Below, one piece after another: positions 1 to 9,445 of a stretch of DNA of 64,000 nucleotides. A model generated the notes under the pieces. It worked only from the letters and a program-made list of their open reading frames with translations, searched no databases and was not told where the DNA came from. Origin of the DNA: an uncultured Gemmatimonadales bacterium (GTDB taxonomy: Bacteria > Gemmatimonadota > Gemmatimonadetes > Gemmatimonadales > GWC2-71-9); contig CAVOGR010000002.1 in assembly GCA_963695555.1 (NCBI GenBank), forward strand, positions 384,001 to 448,000, in the 5' to 3' direction. Position 1 is the first letter of the stretch, and every line of letters begins with the position of its first letter. A program made the position numbers and the translations under genes.

Positions 1-122
1 ATACTCTTGTGTGACGCCTTCCTCCGAAAGCGGCCCCAGTAGGCCGCGTCCGACACTCGAGACCACGCTCCACCGCGCCGAGCCGGGTTTCTTGACCCGC
101 GAGGGCAGGATAAGATTCCCGT

Positions 123-1181
123 ATGGCGGCTCATGGTCTTACGACCTTCTACCGTGACCTGAAACAGGGTATCCCCGCTCCGGCCTACTACCTCTACGGC
201 CCGGAGGACGTCCTCAAGGACGAGGCGGTCGGCGCGATTCTGGACCTGGCGCTCGACTCCACCCTGCGGGAATTCAACTTTGATCAGCATAGCGCAACGC
301 AACTCGCGCCCGAGCAATTGGGCGACCTATGCGTGGCGCTACCGCTTTTGGCCGAGCGGCGGGTTATCCTGGTTCGGGACGTCGAGGCCTGGAAGCGGCG
401 CACCAAGACCCGGCAGGTGGCGCTCGACTATCTGTCGCGCCCCTCGCCAGAGACCGTGCTCATCTTGGTACAAGGAGCCGCGGCCGAAAAACCGGATGCC
501 GAGTTGAGTCGGCACACCTATGCGGTCGCGTTCGACCCGCTGCCGCCAGAACGGACCCGACGGTGGGTCGAACATCGAGCCCGGAAGCTCGGGGTGTCCA
601 TTGCGCCCGAGGCGGTGCGACATCTTGTGTCCGCGGTCGGGACCGACCTTGGCGCCCTGCTCGCCGAGCTGTCCAAGGTGTCGGCAATTGCAGTGGACCG
701 CACCGTGACCGTTTCGATGATCGAGGGTGTGGTGGGGGTACGATCCGGAGAAACCGCGCTCGACTGGCGCAACGCGGTGCTCGACGGAGATACCGCGAGA
801 GCCCTTACCCTTCTCCCCGACGTGCTGGCCCAGTCCAACGTGAACGGGGTCAGGCTCGTCACCTCCCTCGGAACCACCTTGATCGGGGTCGGGATTGCCC
901 GAGAACGATATGACCGGGGCGCGCGTGGCCAGGTCTTGCGCCGTGGTGTGTTCGAGCGTCTCCGGGCCGTCCGGCCCTATGGACTGCCCGACTGGAAGGA
1001 CGAGGCAGAGCGGTGGAGCGCATGGGCGCCGGCTTGGTCACGATCCCGCCTGGAAACCGCGCTCAGGCGCACCCTCGAAGCCGATCAGGCACTCAAGAGC
1101 ACCCGGCTCTCGGGCGAGGCCGGGGTACTCACCGATCTCGTCCTCCAGGTGCACGCTGTGCTGCAAGAGGCGGCGCCATGA
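123..1181 (+). CDS. holA: DNA polymerase III subunit delta
   Basis: N-terminal 'PAYYLYGPED', 'LPLLAERRVILVRD', 'GTDLGALLAELSK' and C-terminal 'EADQALKS' fit the HolA pattern. Confidence 0.9.
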   Translation: MAAHGLTTFYRDLKQGIPAPAYYLYGPEDVLKDEAVGAILDLALDSTLREFNFDQHSATQLAPEQLGDLCVALPLLAERRVILVRDVEAWKRRTKTRQVALDYLSRPSPETVLILVQGAAAEKPDAELSRHTYAVAFDPLPPERTRRWVEHRARKLGVSIAPEAVRHLVSAVGTDLGALLAELSKVSAIAVDRTVTVSMIEGVVGVRSGETALDWRNAVLDGDTARALTLLPDVLAQSNVNGVRLVTSLGTTLIGVGIARERYDRGARGQVLRRGVFERLRAVRPYGLPDWKDEAERWSAWAPAWSRSRLETALRRTLEADQALKSTRLSGEAGVLTDLVLQVHAVLQEAAP

Positions 1182-1999
1182 GGTTCCTTCTGACCAGCAT
1201 GATCGCGGGGCTTCTGGCCCTGAGCGTCCCCATCAGGGTTTCGGCGCAAGATGATCCTCGGCTCACGGCCGCGCTCAGCTTGGCCCAGGAAGGTCTCCCC
1301 GATTCGGCGCGTGCCGTGGTCAACCGGCTCCTCGGGACCATACCTCCCACCGACACCTTGTACGCCGCGGCGCTCTATACCGCGGGGAGTGTGGCCGGGA
1401 CCGCCCAAGACATGCAGCGCTTTTTCCAGCGGGTCGCCATCGAGTACGCGTGGTCCCCGTATGCCGACGACGCGCTCCTCCGCCTGGCCCAGCTCGACTA
1501 TGCCGCGAACGACTTGAGCGGCGCGGTGCGGAATCTCGAGGCGATTCGCCAAGACTATCCGGGGAGCCCGCTCATTCCGACGGCGGCCTTGTGGGCCGCG
1601 CGCGCGCAGTTCGGACTCGGTGATATCCGGGCCGGCTGCGACTGGCTGGCAGCCGGTCTTGCGTTGGTTGGGGAGGACGTCGAACTCAGGAATCGGTTGG
1701 AGTTCCACAACCGCCGGTGTGGCCCCGCGGAGGAGGCAGGGGCACCCGACTCCATTCCCCGGGATTCCGCCGCCGCTCAGGCATATCGAGTACAGGTCCT
1801 GGCGACACGCAGTCGCGAGGCTGCCGAGGAGTTTCTTCCCCGAGTGGCGGCCCTTGGGTACGCGGCCCGGGTCGTGGCGGATGGGCCCTGGTTCAAGGTG
1901 CAGGTGGGCGCCTTCCCCGACGAGGGGAGCGCCCGTGCCGCCGCCGAGCGCATCCGTGGCGAGGTCGGTGGCAACCCCTTCGTGGTACACAAGCCGTGA
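1178..1999 (+). CDS. Secreted TPR + SPOR (peptidoglycan-binding) domain protein
   Basis: ATG at 1178 overlaps the holA stop (ATGA); signal peptide; TPR-like 'YADDALLRLAQ..YPGSP'; C-terminal SPOR 'YRVQVLA..WFKVQVGAFPD..ARAAAERI'. Confidence 0.75.
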   Translation: MRFLLTSMIAGLLALSVPIRVSAQDDPRLTAALSLAQEGLPDSARAVVNRLLGTIPPTDTLYAAALYTAGSVAGTAQDMQRFFQRVAIEYAWSPYADDALLRLAQLDYAANDLSGAVRNLEAIRQDYPGSPLIPTAALWAARAQFGLGDIRAGCDWLAAGLALVGEDVELRNRLEFHNRRCGPAEEAGAPDSIPRDSAAAQAYRVQVLATRSREAAEEFLPRVAALGYAARVVADGPWFKVQVGAFPDEGSARAAAERIRGEVGGNPFVVHKP

Positions 2000-4578
2000 C
2001 CGAGCGGACGGCGATTCGCCAGGGGACCCCCCTCATGCGGCAGTACCAACAGATCAAGTCGCAACATCGCGACGCGATTTTGTTTTTCCGCATGGGGGAC
2101 TTCTACGAGATGTTCTTCGAAGACGCGCAGCTTGGCGCCCGTCTCCTGAACATCACACTCACGTCCCGCGGCGATGGTGTCCCGCTCGCCGGGGTCCCGG
2201 TCAAAGCCGCCGGCGACTACGTGCGCAAGCTCCTCGCCCAGGGGCATCGCGTGGCGATCTGCGAACAGGTCGAAGATCCAAAGACGGCCAAGGGATTGGT
2301 CAAGCGAGAGGTCGTCGAAACGATCACGCCCGGCTCCATTCTCGATGACGGCTGGCTGCCAGGAGATCGCAACAACTTCTTGGTCGCCCTGGTAGGGGAC
2401 GGGACGCACATAGGCATCGCGGCGGCCGATCTCAGTACCGGCGAGTTCTCGATGGAGCTCGCGGCCCACAACGACCTGGACGAGGCGCTCGGGCGACTCG
2501 CACCATCCGAGGTGGTGACGCCGCGGAACGCCGCTCTCCCGCTGGAAAACGGCACGTTGCGAACGGAGCGAGAGGACTGGGAGTTCGAGTCGACCGTGGC
2601 GCGTGGAGATCTGGCGGAACGGTTTGGGTTGGCCTCGGTGGACGGCCTGGGGCTCGGATCTGGTGATGACCTGATGATCGGGGCGGCGGGCGCCTTGTTG
2701 CGCTACCTGGGAGAACTCCAGCCCGGCGGCCTCCCGCACCTGGCCCGGCCAACGATTCGGCGCAGCGAGTCGCACCTCTGGCTCGACGACATGACGCGCC
2801 GAAACCTGGAGTTGGTCGAGCCGCTCCGCGCCGGACCTGGTGCAGTGACTCTCCGGGAAACAATCGACCGCACGGTGACCCCGATGGGTGCGCGGCTGCT
2901 GCGGCAGTGGCTCCTGTCGCCGCTTCGCAATCCCATCATCATTCAGGAGCGCCTCGACGCGGTGGACGTGCTCGTCCAGGACAATCAAGGGCGGGCTCGA
3001 CTTCGGGAAGCACTCGACGGTGTTCGCGACGTGGAGCGATTGGCGAGCCGGGCAGCGGCCGGCCGTGCCACTCCGCGAGAGCTCGGTGCGCTCAGGGACT
3101 CGATCCTGCAGTTCCCGGCACTCTTGGCAGCGCTCGCCGCCCTGACGGATCGGACCCAAAGTGAGGCCCTGAGCCGCATCGCCGAGGGATTCGATGTCTT
3201 GGCGGACCTGGCCGAGGCGCTCTCCGCGGCGCTGAACGACCGACTTCCCGCAACGCTCGGAGAGGGCGGGGTGTTTCGAAGCGGCTTCGATCCCGAGTTG
3301 GACGACGCGCGGTCTCTGCGCGAGGGCGGCAAGCAATACATAGCGGAGCTCCAGGCCCGCGAGCGAGAGCAGACCGGGATCGCCACGTTGAAAGTCGGGT
3401 TCAATAAAGTCTTCGGCTACTACTTGGAAACGACCAAGAGCCACGCGGCGCGTGTGCCGGCACACTACGAGCGCCGCCAGACCCTGACTAACGCCGAGCG
3501 GTTCGTCACCCCCGAACTGAAGGAGCACGAAGCCAAGGTGCTTGGGGCGGAGCAGCGGGTCGAAACTCGAGAGTCCGAATTGTTTCACGAGTTACGCCAG
3601 CGGGCCGGAGCAGCGATCGAACGGCTGCAGCGCGCGGCGCGCGCCCTTGCACAGATCGACGTCTGGGCCGGGCTGGCGGAGGTCGCCACACACCATCGCT
3701 ATGTTCGCCCGGTCATAACCTCTGATTTTGCCTTGTCACTCACGGGGAGCCGCCATCCCGTGCTCGAGCGCGTGATGGCCCGTGAAGAGTTCATTCCCAA
3801 TGATGTCGCCTTCGACCGCGCGGAACGAGTCCTTCTCGTCACTGGTCCGAACATGGCTGGCAAGTCAACCATTCTCCGCCAGATCGGGCTCATCGTTGTC
3901 CTCGCTCAGATGGGGGCCTTCGTGCCCGCATCCGCGGCCACCATCGGGGTGGTCGATCGGCTCTTCACCCGGGTTGGGGCCAGCGACAACCTCGCACGCG
4001 GGCAATCGACGTTCATGGTAGAAATGAGCGAGTCCAGCGCCATTCTCCACAATGCGACGGCCGACAGTTTGGTGCTACTCGACGAAATCGGCCGCGGGAC
4101 ATCGACCTATGACGGCGTGGCCATTGCGTGGGCCGTCACGGAGCATCTCCATGATGTCGTAGGGTGCAAGACGATGTTTGCTACCCACTATCACGAACTG
4201 ATGCAACTGCCCGAGCGGCTCCAGCACGCACGCAATTGGAACGTTGCGGTACGAGAGACCGGGAATACGGTGATCTTCTTGCATCGCCTCGAACCAGGGG
4301 GCACCGATCGGTCCTACGGCATCCACGTTGCCGAGCTTGCCGGGCTGCCCTCCACCGTCGTGCAGCGGGCCAACGAGATCTTGCTCACTCTCGAACACGA
4401 ACACCGTGTCGCCCCAGGTGCGCCACCACGACCACCCGACCCGGGACAGCTGGCATTGTTCGGCGAGCCCGGGGCCCATCCGGCCGTGAAGGCGCTGCAG
4501 GACCTTGATGTCGATTCATTGACGCCGCTCGAGGCCCTGAACCGCTTGGCCGACCTCAAACGACGCGCGGGAGAATAA
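1996..4578 (+). CDS. mutS: DNA mismatch repair protein MutS
   Basis: 'TPLMRQY', 'FFRMGDFYEMFFEDA', Walker A 'GPNMAGKST', 'STFMVEM', 'DEIGRGTST'; GTG start overlaps the upstream TGA. Confidence 0.97.
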   Translation: MTERTAIRQGTPLMRQYQQIKSQHRDAILFFRMGDFYEMFFEDAQLGARLLNITLTSRGDGVPLAGVPVKAAGDYVRKLLAQGHRVAICEQVEDPKTAKGLVKREVVETITPGSILDDGWLPGDRNNFLVALVGDGTHIGIAAADLSTGEFSMELAAHNDLDEALGRLAPSEVVTPRNAALPLENGTLRTEREDWEFESTVARGDLAERFGLASVDGLGLGSGDDLMIGAAGALLRYLGELQPGGLPHLARPTIRRSESHLWLDDMTRRNLELVEPLRAGPGAVTLRETIDRTVTPMGARLLRQWLLSPLRNPIIIQERLDAVDVLVQDNQGRARLREALDGVRDVERLASRAAAGRATPRELGALRDSILQFPALLAALAALTDRTQSEALSRIAEGFDVLADLAEALSAALNDRLPATLGEGGVFRSGFDPELDDARSLREGGKQYIAELQAREREQTGIATLKVGFNKVFGYYLETTKSHAARVPAHYERRQTLTNAERFVTPELKEHEAKVLGAEQRVETRESELFHELRQRAGAAIERLQRAARALAQIDVWAGLAEVATHHRYVRPVITSDFALSLTGSRHPVLERVMAREEFIPNDVAFDRAERVLLVTGPNMAGKSTILRQIGLIVVLAQMGAFVPASAATIGVVDRLFTRVGASDNLARGQSTFMVEMSESSAILHNATADSLVLLDEIGRGTSTYDGVAIAWAVTEHLHDVVGCKTMFATHYHELMQLPERLQHARNWNVAVRETGNTVIFLHRLEPGGTDRSYGIHVAELAGLPSTVVQRANEILLTLEHEHRVAPGAPPRPPDPGQLALFGEPGAHPAVKALQDLDVDSLTPLEALNRLADLKRRAGE

Positions 4579-4579
4579 G

Positions 4580-4987
4580 ATGCGGACCGTTGCCTGGGTC
4601 TTGTTGGTCGCGGCAAGCGTGGTCGGGTGCCGGAGCGCGAAGGAAGACACCGGAACCCAGCTGTCCCGGCCTGGGGCAGACCGGAGGGATCAATCCCCCA
4701 TCTCCACCAACGCCGACCCTCCGGTGCAGTATCCCCCCGATTTGTTCGCGCAACGCGTCGAAGGAACGGTGGTGCTTCGACTCTTCGTCGACTCCACCGG
4801 AGCCGTGAACCCCGATTCCACCCGGATACGGGAGTCGAGCGGTCACCCCGGCCTCGATTCGGCCGCGCTCAGCGCTGTTCCGGCACTGCGCTTCGCGCCG
4901 GCCTTGCGAAACGGTGTCCCGGTGAGCACCGCCTTCGAGCAGCCGATCATCTTCCAGCAACCCGGCACCGGAGAGACGGCCCCATGA
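4580..4987 (+). CDS. TonB C-terminal domain lipoprotein (energy transducer TonB family)
   Basis: Lipobox-like 'VVGC'; 'YPP..VEGTVVLRLFVDSTG..SSG..LDSAAL..RFAPA..G.PV' TonB_C pattern. Confidence 0.8.
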   Translation: MRTVAWVLLVAASVVGCRSAKEDTGTQLSRPGADRRDQSPISTNADPPVQYPPDLFAQRVEGTVVLRLFVDSTGAVNPDSTRIRESSGHPGLDSAALSAVPALRFAPALRNGVPVSTAFEQPIIFQQPGTGETAP

Positions 4988-6372
4988 CGCCTCAACACAC
5001 CAAACCGTACGACTCCGTCCTCGACACTATCGGGTGGACCCCCTTGATCCGCCTGAGTCGGGTGGGGGCGGGGCTCCGCACGCCTGTGTCCGGGAAGGCC
5101 GAGTTCGCAAACCCCGGTGGGTCGGTCAAAGACCGCATCGGACTTGCGATTATCGAGGACGCCGAGCGGCGGGGCGACCTGAAGCCCGGCGGCGTGATCG
5201 TGGAAGGGACCTCCGGGAACACCGGTGTCGGGTTGGCGTTGGCCGCCGCGCTCAAGGGCTACCGCTGCATCTTCACGATGCCGGATAAGATGTCTCAAGA
5301 GAAGGTTCGATTGCTCAAGGCCTATGGCGCGGAGGTGGTGATCACCCCGACCGCCGTTCCCCCAGACCATCCGGACAACTATGTGATGCGCGCCAAGCGC
5401 ATCGTCCAAGAAACCGCTGGCGCCGTGCTCGCCAATCAGTTCTATAACGATGTGAACCCGGAGGCGCACTACGCAACGACGGGGCCCGAGATCTGGGCCC
5501 AAACGGATGGCAAGGTGACCCACTTCGTGGCTGGTGCCGGCACCGGCGGGACAGTCAGCGGAGCCGGGAAATACTTGAAGGAACGCAACCCGGCCATTCG
5601 CGTGATCGCGGCCGACCCGGTCGGGTCCCTCTACACCGGCTACGCCGTGCATCGTGAGATGGGCGAGGGCGCGCCCTACAAGGTGGAGGGTGTGGGGGGA
5701 GACAAAATCCCTACGACCATCTGGTTCGATTACATCGACGAGTTCCGGCAGGTGTCCGACCGCGACTCGTTCGCCATGGCCCGCCGATTGGCGCGTGAGG
5801 AGGGGATGCTGGTCGGCGGGTCGGCGGGCATGAACGTCGCATTGGCATGCGAGATTGCACGAGAGGTGAACGACCCGGACGCGTTGGTCGTGACCATCTT
5901 GTGCGACACCGGCGAGCGATACTTATCCAAGCTGTTCAACGACGAATGGATGCGAGAGAACCAACTGCTGGAGGTGCCGCGCGTCACGGTGGCGCAGCTG
6001 CTCGAGCGACGCCGGTCCACGGCACCGGCTGTGGTGAGCGTCGCACCGGCCGCCGCGGTGCGTCAAGCCCTCAACCTCATGAATTCCTGGGAGGTCAGCC
6101 AGATCCCGGTGCTGGAGAACGAGGAATGCGTCGGCAGCCTCAGCGAAGGAACCCTGATGGCGCGGGCGCTAGCCCAACCCACCATTCTCGACCGTCCGGT
6201 CAAGGAGGTGATGGAGCCCCCGTTTCCTGTCGTCAGTGCCACCTGCCCCGCCGACCAAGTGGCCCCCATGTTGTCGCGCGACACACCCGCTGTCCTGGTC
6301 GAACGCGGCGGCAGCCTCATTGGCGTCGTCAGTCGGTTCGACGTGCTCCAGCAGCTGATCGGAGCCCAGTAA
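4984..6372 (+). CDS. Cystathionine beta-synthase (PLP enzyme with C-terminal CBS pair)
   Basis: 'NPGGSVKDR' PLP lysine, 'TSGNTG', 'GAGTGGT', 'RYLSKLFNDEWM', two CBS domains; ATGA overlap with tonB. Confidence 0.9.
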   Translation: MTPQHTKPYDSVLDTIGWTPLIRLSRVGAGLRTPVSGKAEFANPGGSVKDRIGLAIIEDAERRGDLKPGGVIVEGTSGNTGVGLALAAALKGYRCIFTMPDKMSQEKVRLLKAYGAEVVITPTAVPPDHPDNYVMRAKRIVQETAGAVLANQFYNDVNPEAHYATTGPEIWAQTDGKVTHFVAGAGTGGTVSGAGKYLKERNPAIRVIAADPVGSLYTGYAVHREMGEGAPYKVEGVGGDKIPTTIWFDYIDEFRQVSDRDSFAMARRLAREEGMLVGGSAGMNVALACEIAREVNDPDALVVTILCDTGERYLSKLFNDEWMRENQLLEVPRVTVAQLLERRRSTAPAVVSVAPAAAVRQALNLMNSWEVSQIPVLENEECVGSLSEGTLMARALAQPTILDRPVKEVMEPPFPVVSATCPADQVAPMLSRDTPAVLVERGGSLIGVVSRFDVLQQLIGAQ

Positions 6373-6373
6373 G

Positions 6374-7381
6374 ATGCGGATCACGGTGCTCACGGGCGGG
6401 ACTTCTTCCGAGCGCGATGTGGCCATCGCGTCGGCCGTGCAGGTCGTCGCGGCGCTGCGCTCTCGTAATCACGATGTTCGCGTCGTCGATACGGCCAGGG
6501 GCTACGTGCCACCCCTGGAAGAATCCTCGCTGCTCCAAGCATCGGTCGGAGCCACCCCGCCGTCGCTCGAGGCATTGGCAGCGCTAGAACGTGGGCTCCT
6601 CATGTCGGGGCTTGGGAATCTTCCCGTAGTGCGTGATGCCGAGGTGGTCTTCTTGGCCCTTCACGGCGGGTGGGGAGAGGACGGCACCATCCAGTCGATT
6701 CTCGAAGTGATCGGCGTTCCGTATACCGGGAGTGGACCGCTGGGCAGTGCCTTGGCCTTGGACAAGGACATCTCGAAGCGACTGTTCCGACAAGCGGGCA
6801 TTCCGACTCCCGACTGGCTCATGGCGCCGCAACCGGCCCGCGAGGTCGGGCAACGGCTCGGCTGGCCGGTGGTGGTCAAACCGTCCCATGAAGGATCAAC
6901 GGTGGGCTTGAGCGTGGTCCAAGGGCCGGAGGAGCTCGCGGCGGCAGTCGAGACGGCCTCGGTCTACGATGCCGAGGTTCTCATCGAGGCCTTCGTTCCC
7001 GGGCGTGAGGTGACGGTCGGGGTGTTGGCCGATCAGGCGTTGACGGTCGGCGAGATCGTTCCTCAGCACGAGATTTTCGACTACGTGTGCAAGTATACCC
7101 CGGGCATGTCCGAGGAGACCTTCCCTGCCGATCTGCCCGCCGATATCGTGGAGTCCTGTCAACAGCTCGCCGTGGCGGTGCACCGGGCCCTCAAGTTGGG
7201 CGGCTATTCGCGGGTGGATTTTCGCTTGACAGCCCAGGGACAACCGCTCTGTTTAGAGGTGAATACCCTGCCAGGACTGACCTCGACCAGCCTGCTTCCC
7301 CAGTCAGCCAGGGCTTCCGGCATCGATTTTGCCGAACTGTGCCACCGCATTTGCGCCGCGGAGGTCCCCCGGGGCGCCTGA
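6374..7381 (+). CDS. ddl: D-alanine--D-alanine ligase
   Basis: 'GGTSSERDVA', 'ALHGGWGEDGTIQ', 'EGSTVG', 'LEVNTLPGLT..SLLP'. Confidence 0.95.
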   Translation: MRITVLTGGTSSERDVAIASAVQVVAALRSRNHDVRVVDTARGYVPPLEESSLLQASVGATPPSLEALAALERGLLMSGLGNLPVVRDAEVVFLALHGGWGEDGTIQSILEVIGVPYTGSGPLGSALALDKDISKRLFRQAGIPTPDWLMAPQPAREVGQRLGWPVVVKPSHEGSTVGLSVVQGPEELAAAVETASVYDAEVLIEAFVPGREVTVGVLADQALTVGEIVPQHEIFDYVCKYTPGMSEETFPADLPADIVESCQQLAVAVHRALKLGGYSRVDFRLTAQGQPLCLEVNTLPGLTSTSLLPQSARASGIDFAELCHRICAAEVPRGA

Positions 7382-7409
7382 GTGGGAGTCTCCAAGAGGC
7401 CAGCGTTTC

Positions 7410-8240
7410 ATGAATCTGTTGCAGCAGCCCCGCATGACCCGGTGGGTTGGACGACTCATTATCGCCAATGCAGTCGTCTTGCTGCTGTTGATGACCCTCT
7501 TTCCCGCATTGGCCCCTACCCTGGCCTTTCAGCCTGCCCGAGCCTTCCGTGCACCGTGGACGTTCGTCACCTATATGTTCGTCCACGCCGGCCCGCTCCA
7601 TCTTGCGTTCAACATGCTGATGTTGTTCTTCCTCGGTCCGCCCGTCGAGCGCCGCATGACGAGCCGCGGATTCGTTCGATACTATTTCCTGTGCGGCCTG
7701 GGCGGAGCGGTCTTGTCCCTGGGGCTGGCAACCGTCATGCCCGTGGCACCTTTTCTTGGAGCATCTGCGGCCGTGTTGGGCGTGGCCGTTGCGTTTGCCA
7801 TGTATTGGCCCACCGCGGAACTGATGGTCTTTCCGATCCCGATCCCCATCAAGGCCCGCACGCTTATTGGCGGAATCGTCTTGCTGGATCTGACCTTTGC
7901 GGTCATCGGGCGCGCCGATGGCATCGCCCATTGGGCCCATCTCGGTGGCGCGCTGTTCGGCTATCTTGCCTTCCGCTTCCAAGAGATCGCCCCACGGCGG
8001 CCTGCGTCGCCGGAGGCCCCAGCAGAACGCGTCCTCGTGTTGAAACCCGAACAACGCGCCGCGGCTCGTGACACGTTGCCTCCGCGGCCGGAGGGACCGC
8101 GCGCACGAAAGGACTCGGCCGCCAAAGAAATGGACCGCGTGCTCGACAAGATCAGCGCGCTGGGCATCACCAGCCTCACGCCAGAGGAGCGTCGTTTCCT
8201 GGATACCATCGCGCAGCGCAAGAAAAACGAATTGCATTGA
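7410..8240 (+). CDS. Rhomboid family intramembrane serine protease
   Basis: 'PWTFVTYMFVH', 'HLAFNML', 'GASAA', 'AHWAHLGGA'; C-terminal 'MDRVLDKIS..G..SLT.EER' tail. Confidence 0.9.
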   Translation: MNLLQQPRMTRWVGRLIIANAVVLLLLMTLFPALAPTLAFQPARAFRAPWTFVTYMFVHAGPLHLAFNMLMLFFLGPPVERRMTSRGFVRYYFLCGLGGAVLSLGLATVMPVAPFLGASAAVLGVAVAFAMYWPTAELMVFPIPIPIKARTLIGGIVLLDLTFAVIGRADGIAHWAHLGGALFGYLAFRFQEIAPRRPASPEAPAERVLVLKPEQRAAARDTLPPRPEGPRARKDSAAKEMDRVLDKISALGITSLTPEERRFLDTIAQRKKNELH

Positions 8241-8284
8241 CCCGCATCGCTTGACCGCGCGGTGGTGCGTTGCTATTGTGGCGC

Positions 8285-9229
8285 GTGCTGATTGATCTCG
8301 TATCCGATTTCCTCTCCGTCCTCGACGCGACCGATCGGTTGGCGGCCTACCGCAGTTATTTCGAGACCAATCGCCCGCTCCTTTCCGCCTACTGGCGCAA
8401 TTACGTCCTCGACCCCGATACACCGCCAGCCAAACAGGTGGTGGAACAGGCCCTCGCGGCCGACCGGAGCGACCTCCGAGCGCTCGTCGAGTCCGTGGAC
8501 TTGGTACGGATGGCGGAGGACACGCTGGCTCGCGCCAGTGATGTGTTGCGCATCGATCGTCCGACCGATGTCTGCCTCATGGTCGGGGTTGGCGGGGCCA
8601 ATGCGGGCGAGCTCGTGATCCGAGGGCGCGGGGTGGCGTTCATCTGCGTCGAACACTTCACTGGCAAGGCCAATCCCGAGACCTTCGGACTTGGCCTGTC
8701 CCCCGAGCTCATCCCGCTATGGATCGCCCATGAACTGGCTCACGCCGTGCGCTACACCTCGCCCGAGAGCCAAAGCCCCATGCGGCAGCTGATTCGGGAG
8801 GCGGGCGGATACTACGATTATTGGCAGACGGGAAGTTGGGCCACCCTCCGTGAGCTCATGATCAACGAGGGGTTAGCCGTGCACGCGTCGCAGATTGTGG
8901 CGCCGGGCTTCGATCCCGCGGACTACTTTGGCTATGCTCGGCGACAATACCACCGGCTCCGGGAACTGGAAGCCTTTCTGCGGCGGGCGACCGACGTCGA
9001 TCTCGACCGCCGCGCGCTGGGCCTGAGGCTCCGTTTCCTCGCCGGCGGCATGAGTCCAGCAGCTCGGCTCGTGCGCGGACGCGTTATCCCCGAGCGGGCG
9101 GGCTATTACCTCGGACACCGAATGGCGGAGGCACTGGTTGCCGAGCGTGGCATTGCGGCTGCCTTGCGAGCCAAGACCGAGGACTTCCAGCAGGCCGAAG
9201 GCCACGCGCGAGGGTTTCAGACTGCCTGA
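8285..9229 (+). CDS. DUF2268-like putative Zn-dependent protease
   Basis: 'AHELAH', downstream 'NEGLA' and 'RAGYYLG'; GTG start chosen from promoter geometry. Confidence 0.65.
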   Translation: MLIDLVSDFLSVLDATDRLAAYRSYFETNRPLLSAYWRNYVLDPDTPPAKQVVEQALAADRSDLRALVESVDLVRMAEDTLARASDVLRIDRPTDVCLMVGVGGANAGELVIRGRGVAFICVEHFTGKANPETFGLGLSPELIPLWIAHELAHAVRYTSPESQSPMRQLIREAGGYYDYWQTGSWATLRELMINEGLAVHASQIVAPGFDPADYFGYARRQYHRLRELEAFLRRATDVDLDRRALGLRLRFLAGGMSPAARLVRGRVIPERAGYYLGHRMAEALVAERGIAAALRAKTEDFQQAEGHARGFQTA

Positions 9230-9411
9230 TCCTCGGCCTCTTTGTGGCTGCCGTCACAAAAGGGGCGAATCTTCGATCGGCCACACCCGCAGAGTTTGAT
9301 CCTACCCTCTCGCTGCTTGGGCGGCGGGGTGATCTCGTTGCCCTCTGGGTCGCGCAGGGTGACTGGGCCCTCGATCACGATGGGACCCTTGGGTTTGACG
9401 ATCACCTCCAT
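9217..9411 (-). CDS. CDGSH iron-sulfur domain protein
   Basis: 'LCGCGRSKIRPFCDGSH' CDGSH motif. Confidence 0.9.
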   Translation of the reverse strand: MEVIVKPKGPIVIEGPVTLRDPEGNEITPPPKQREGRIKLCGCGRSKIRPFCDGSHKEAEDQAV

Positions 9412-9445
9412 AGAAGCCTTCCTCGATCAGTTGGTCGCGCCGGTC

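Noticed and set aside
1..60. Possible SD and start of a minus-strand gene at the window edge
   Set aside because: The start codon would fall outside the window and cannot be supported
1777..3588. 603-aa antisense ORF over mutS, and similar long shadows (22669-24252, 25189-26256, 47909-48952, 53673-54908)
   Set aside because: They mirror well-supported genes; long antisense frames are expected at high GC3; no recognisable motifs
3581..3596. parS-like TGTTTCACGAGTTACG in mutS
   Set aside because: Four mismatches to TGTTTCACGTGAAACA and not palindromic; no convincing parS seen in the window
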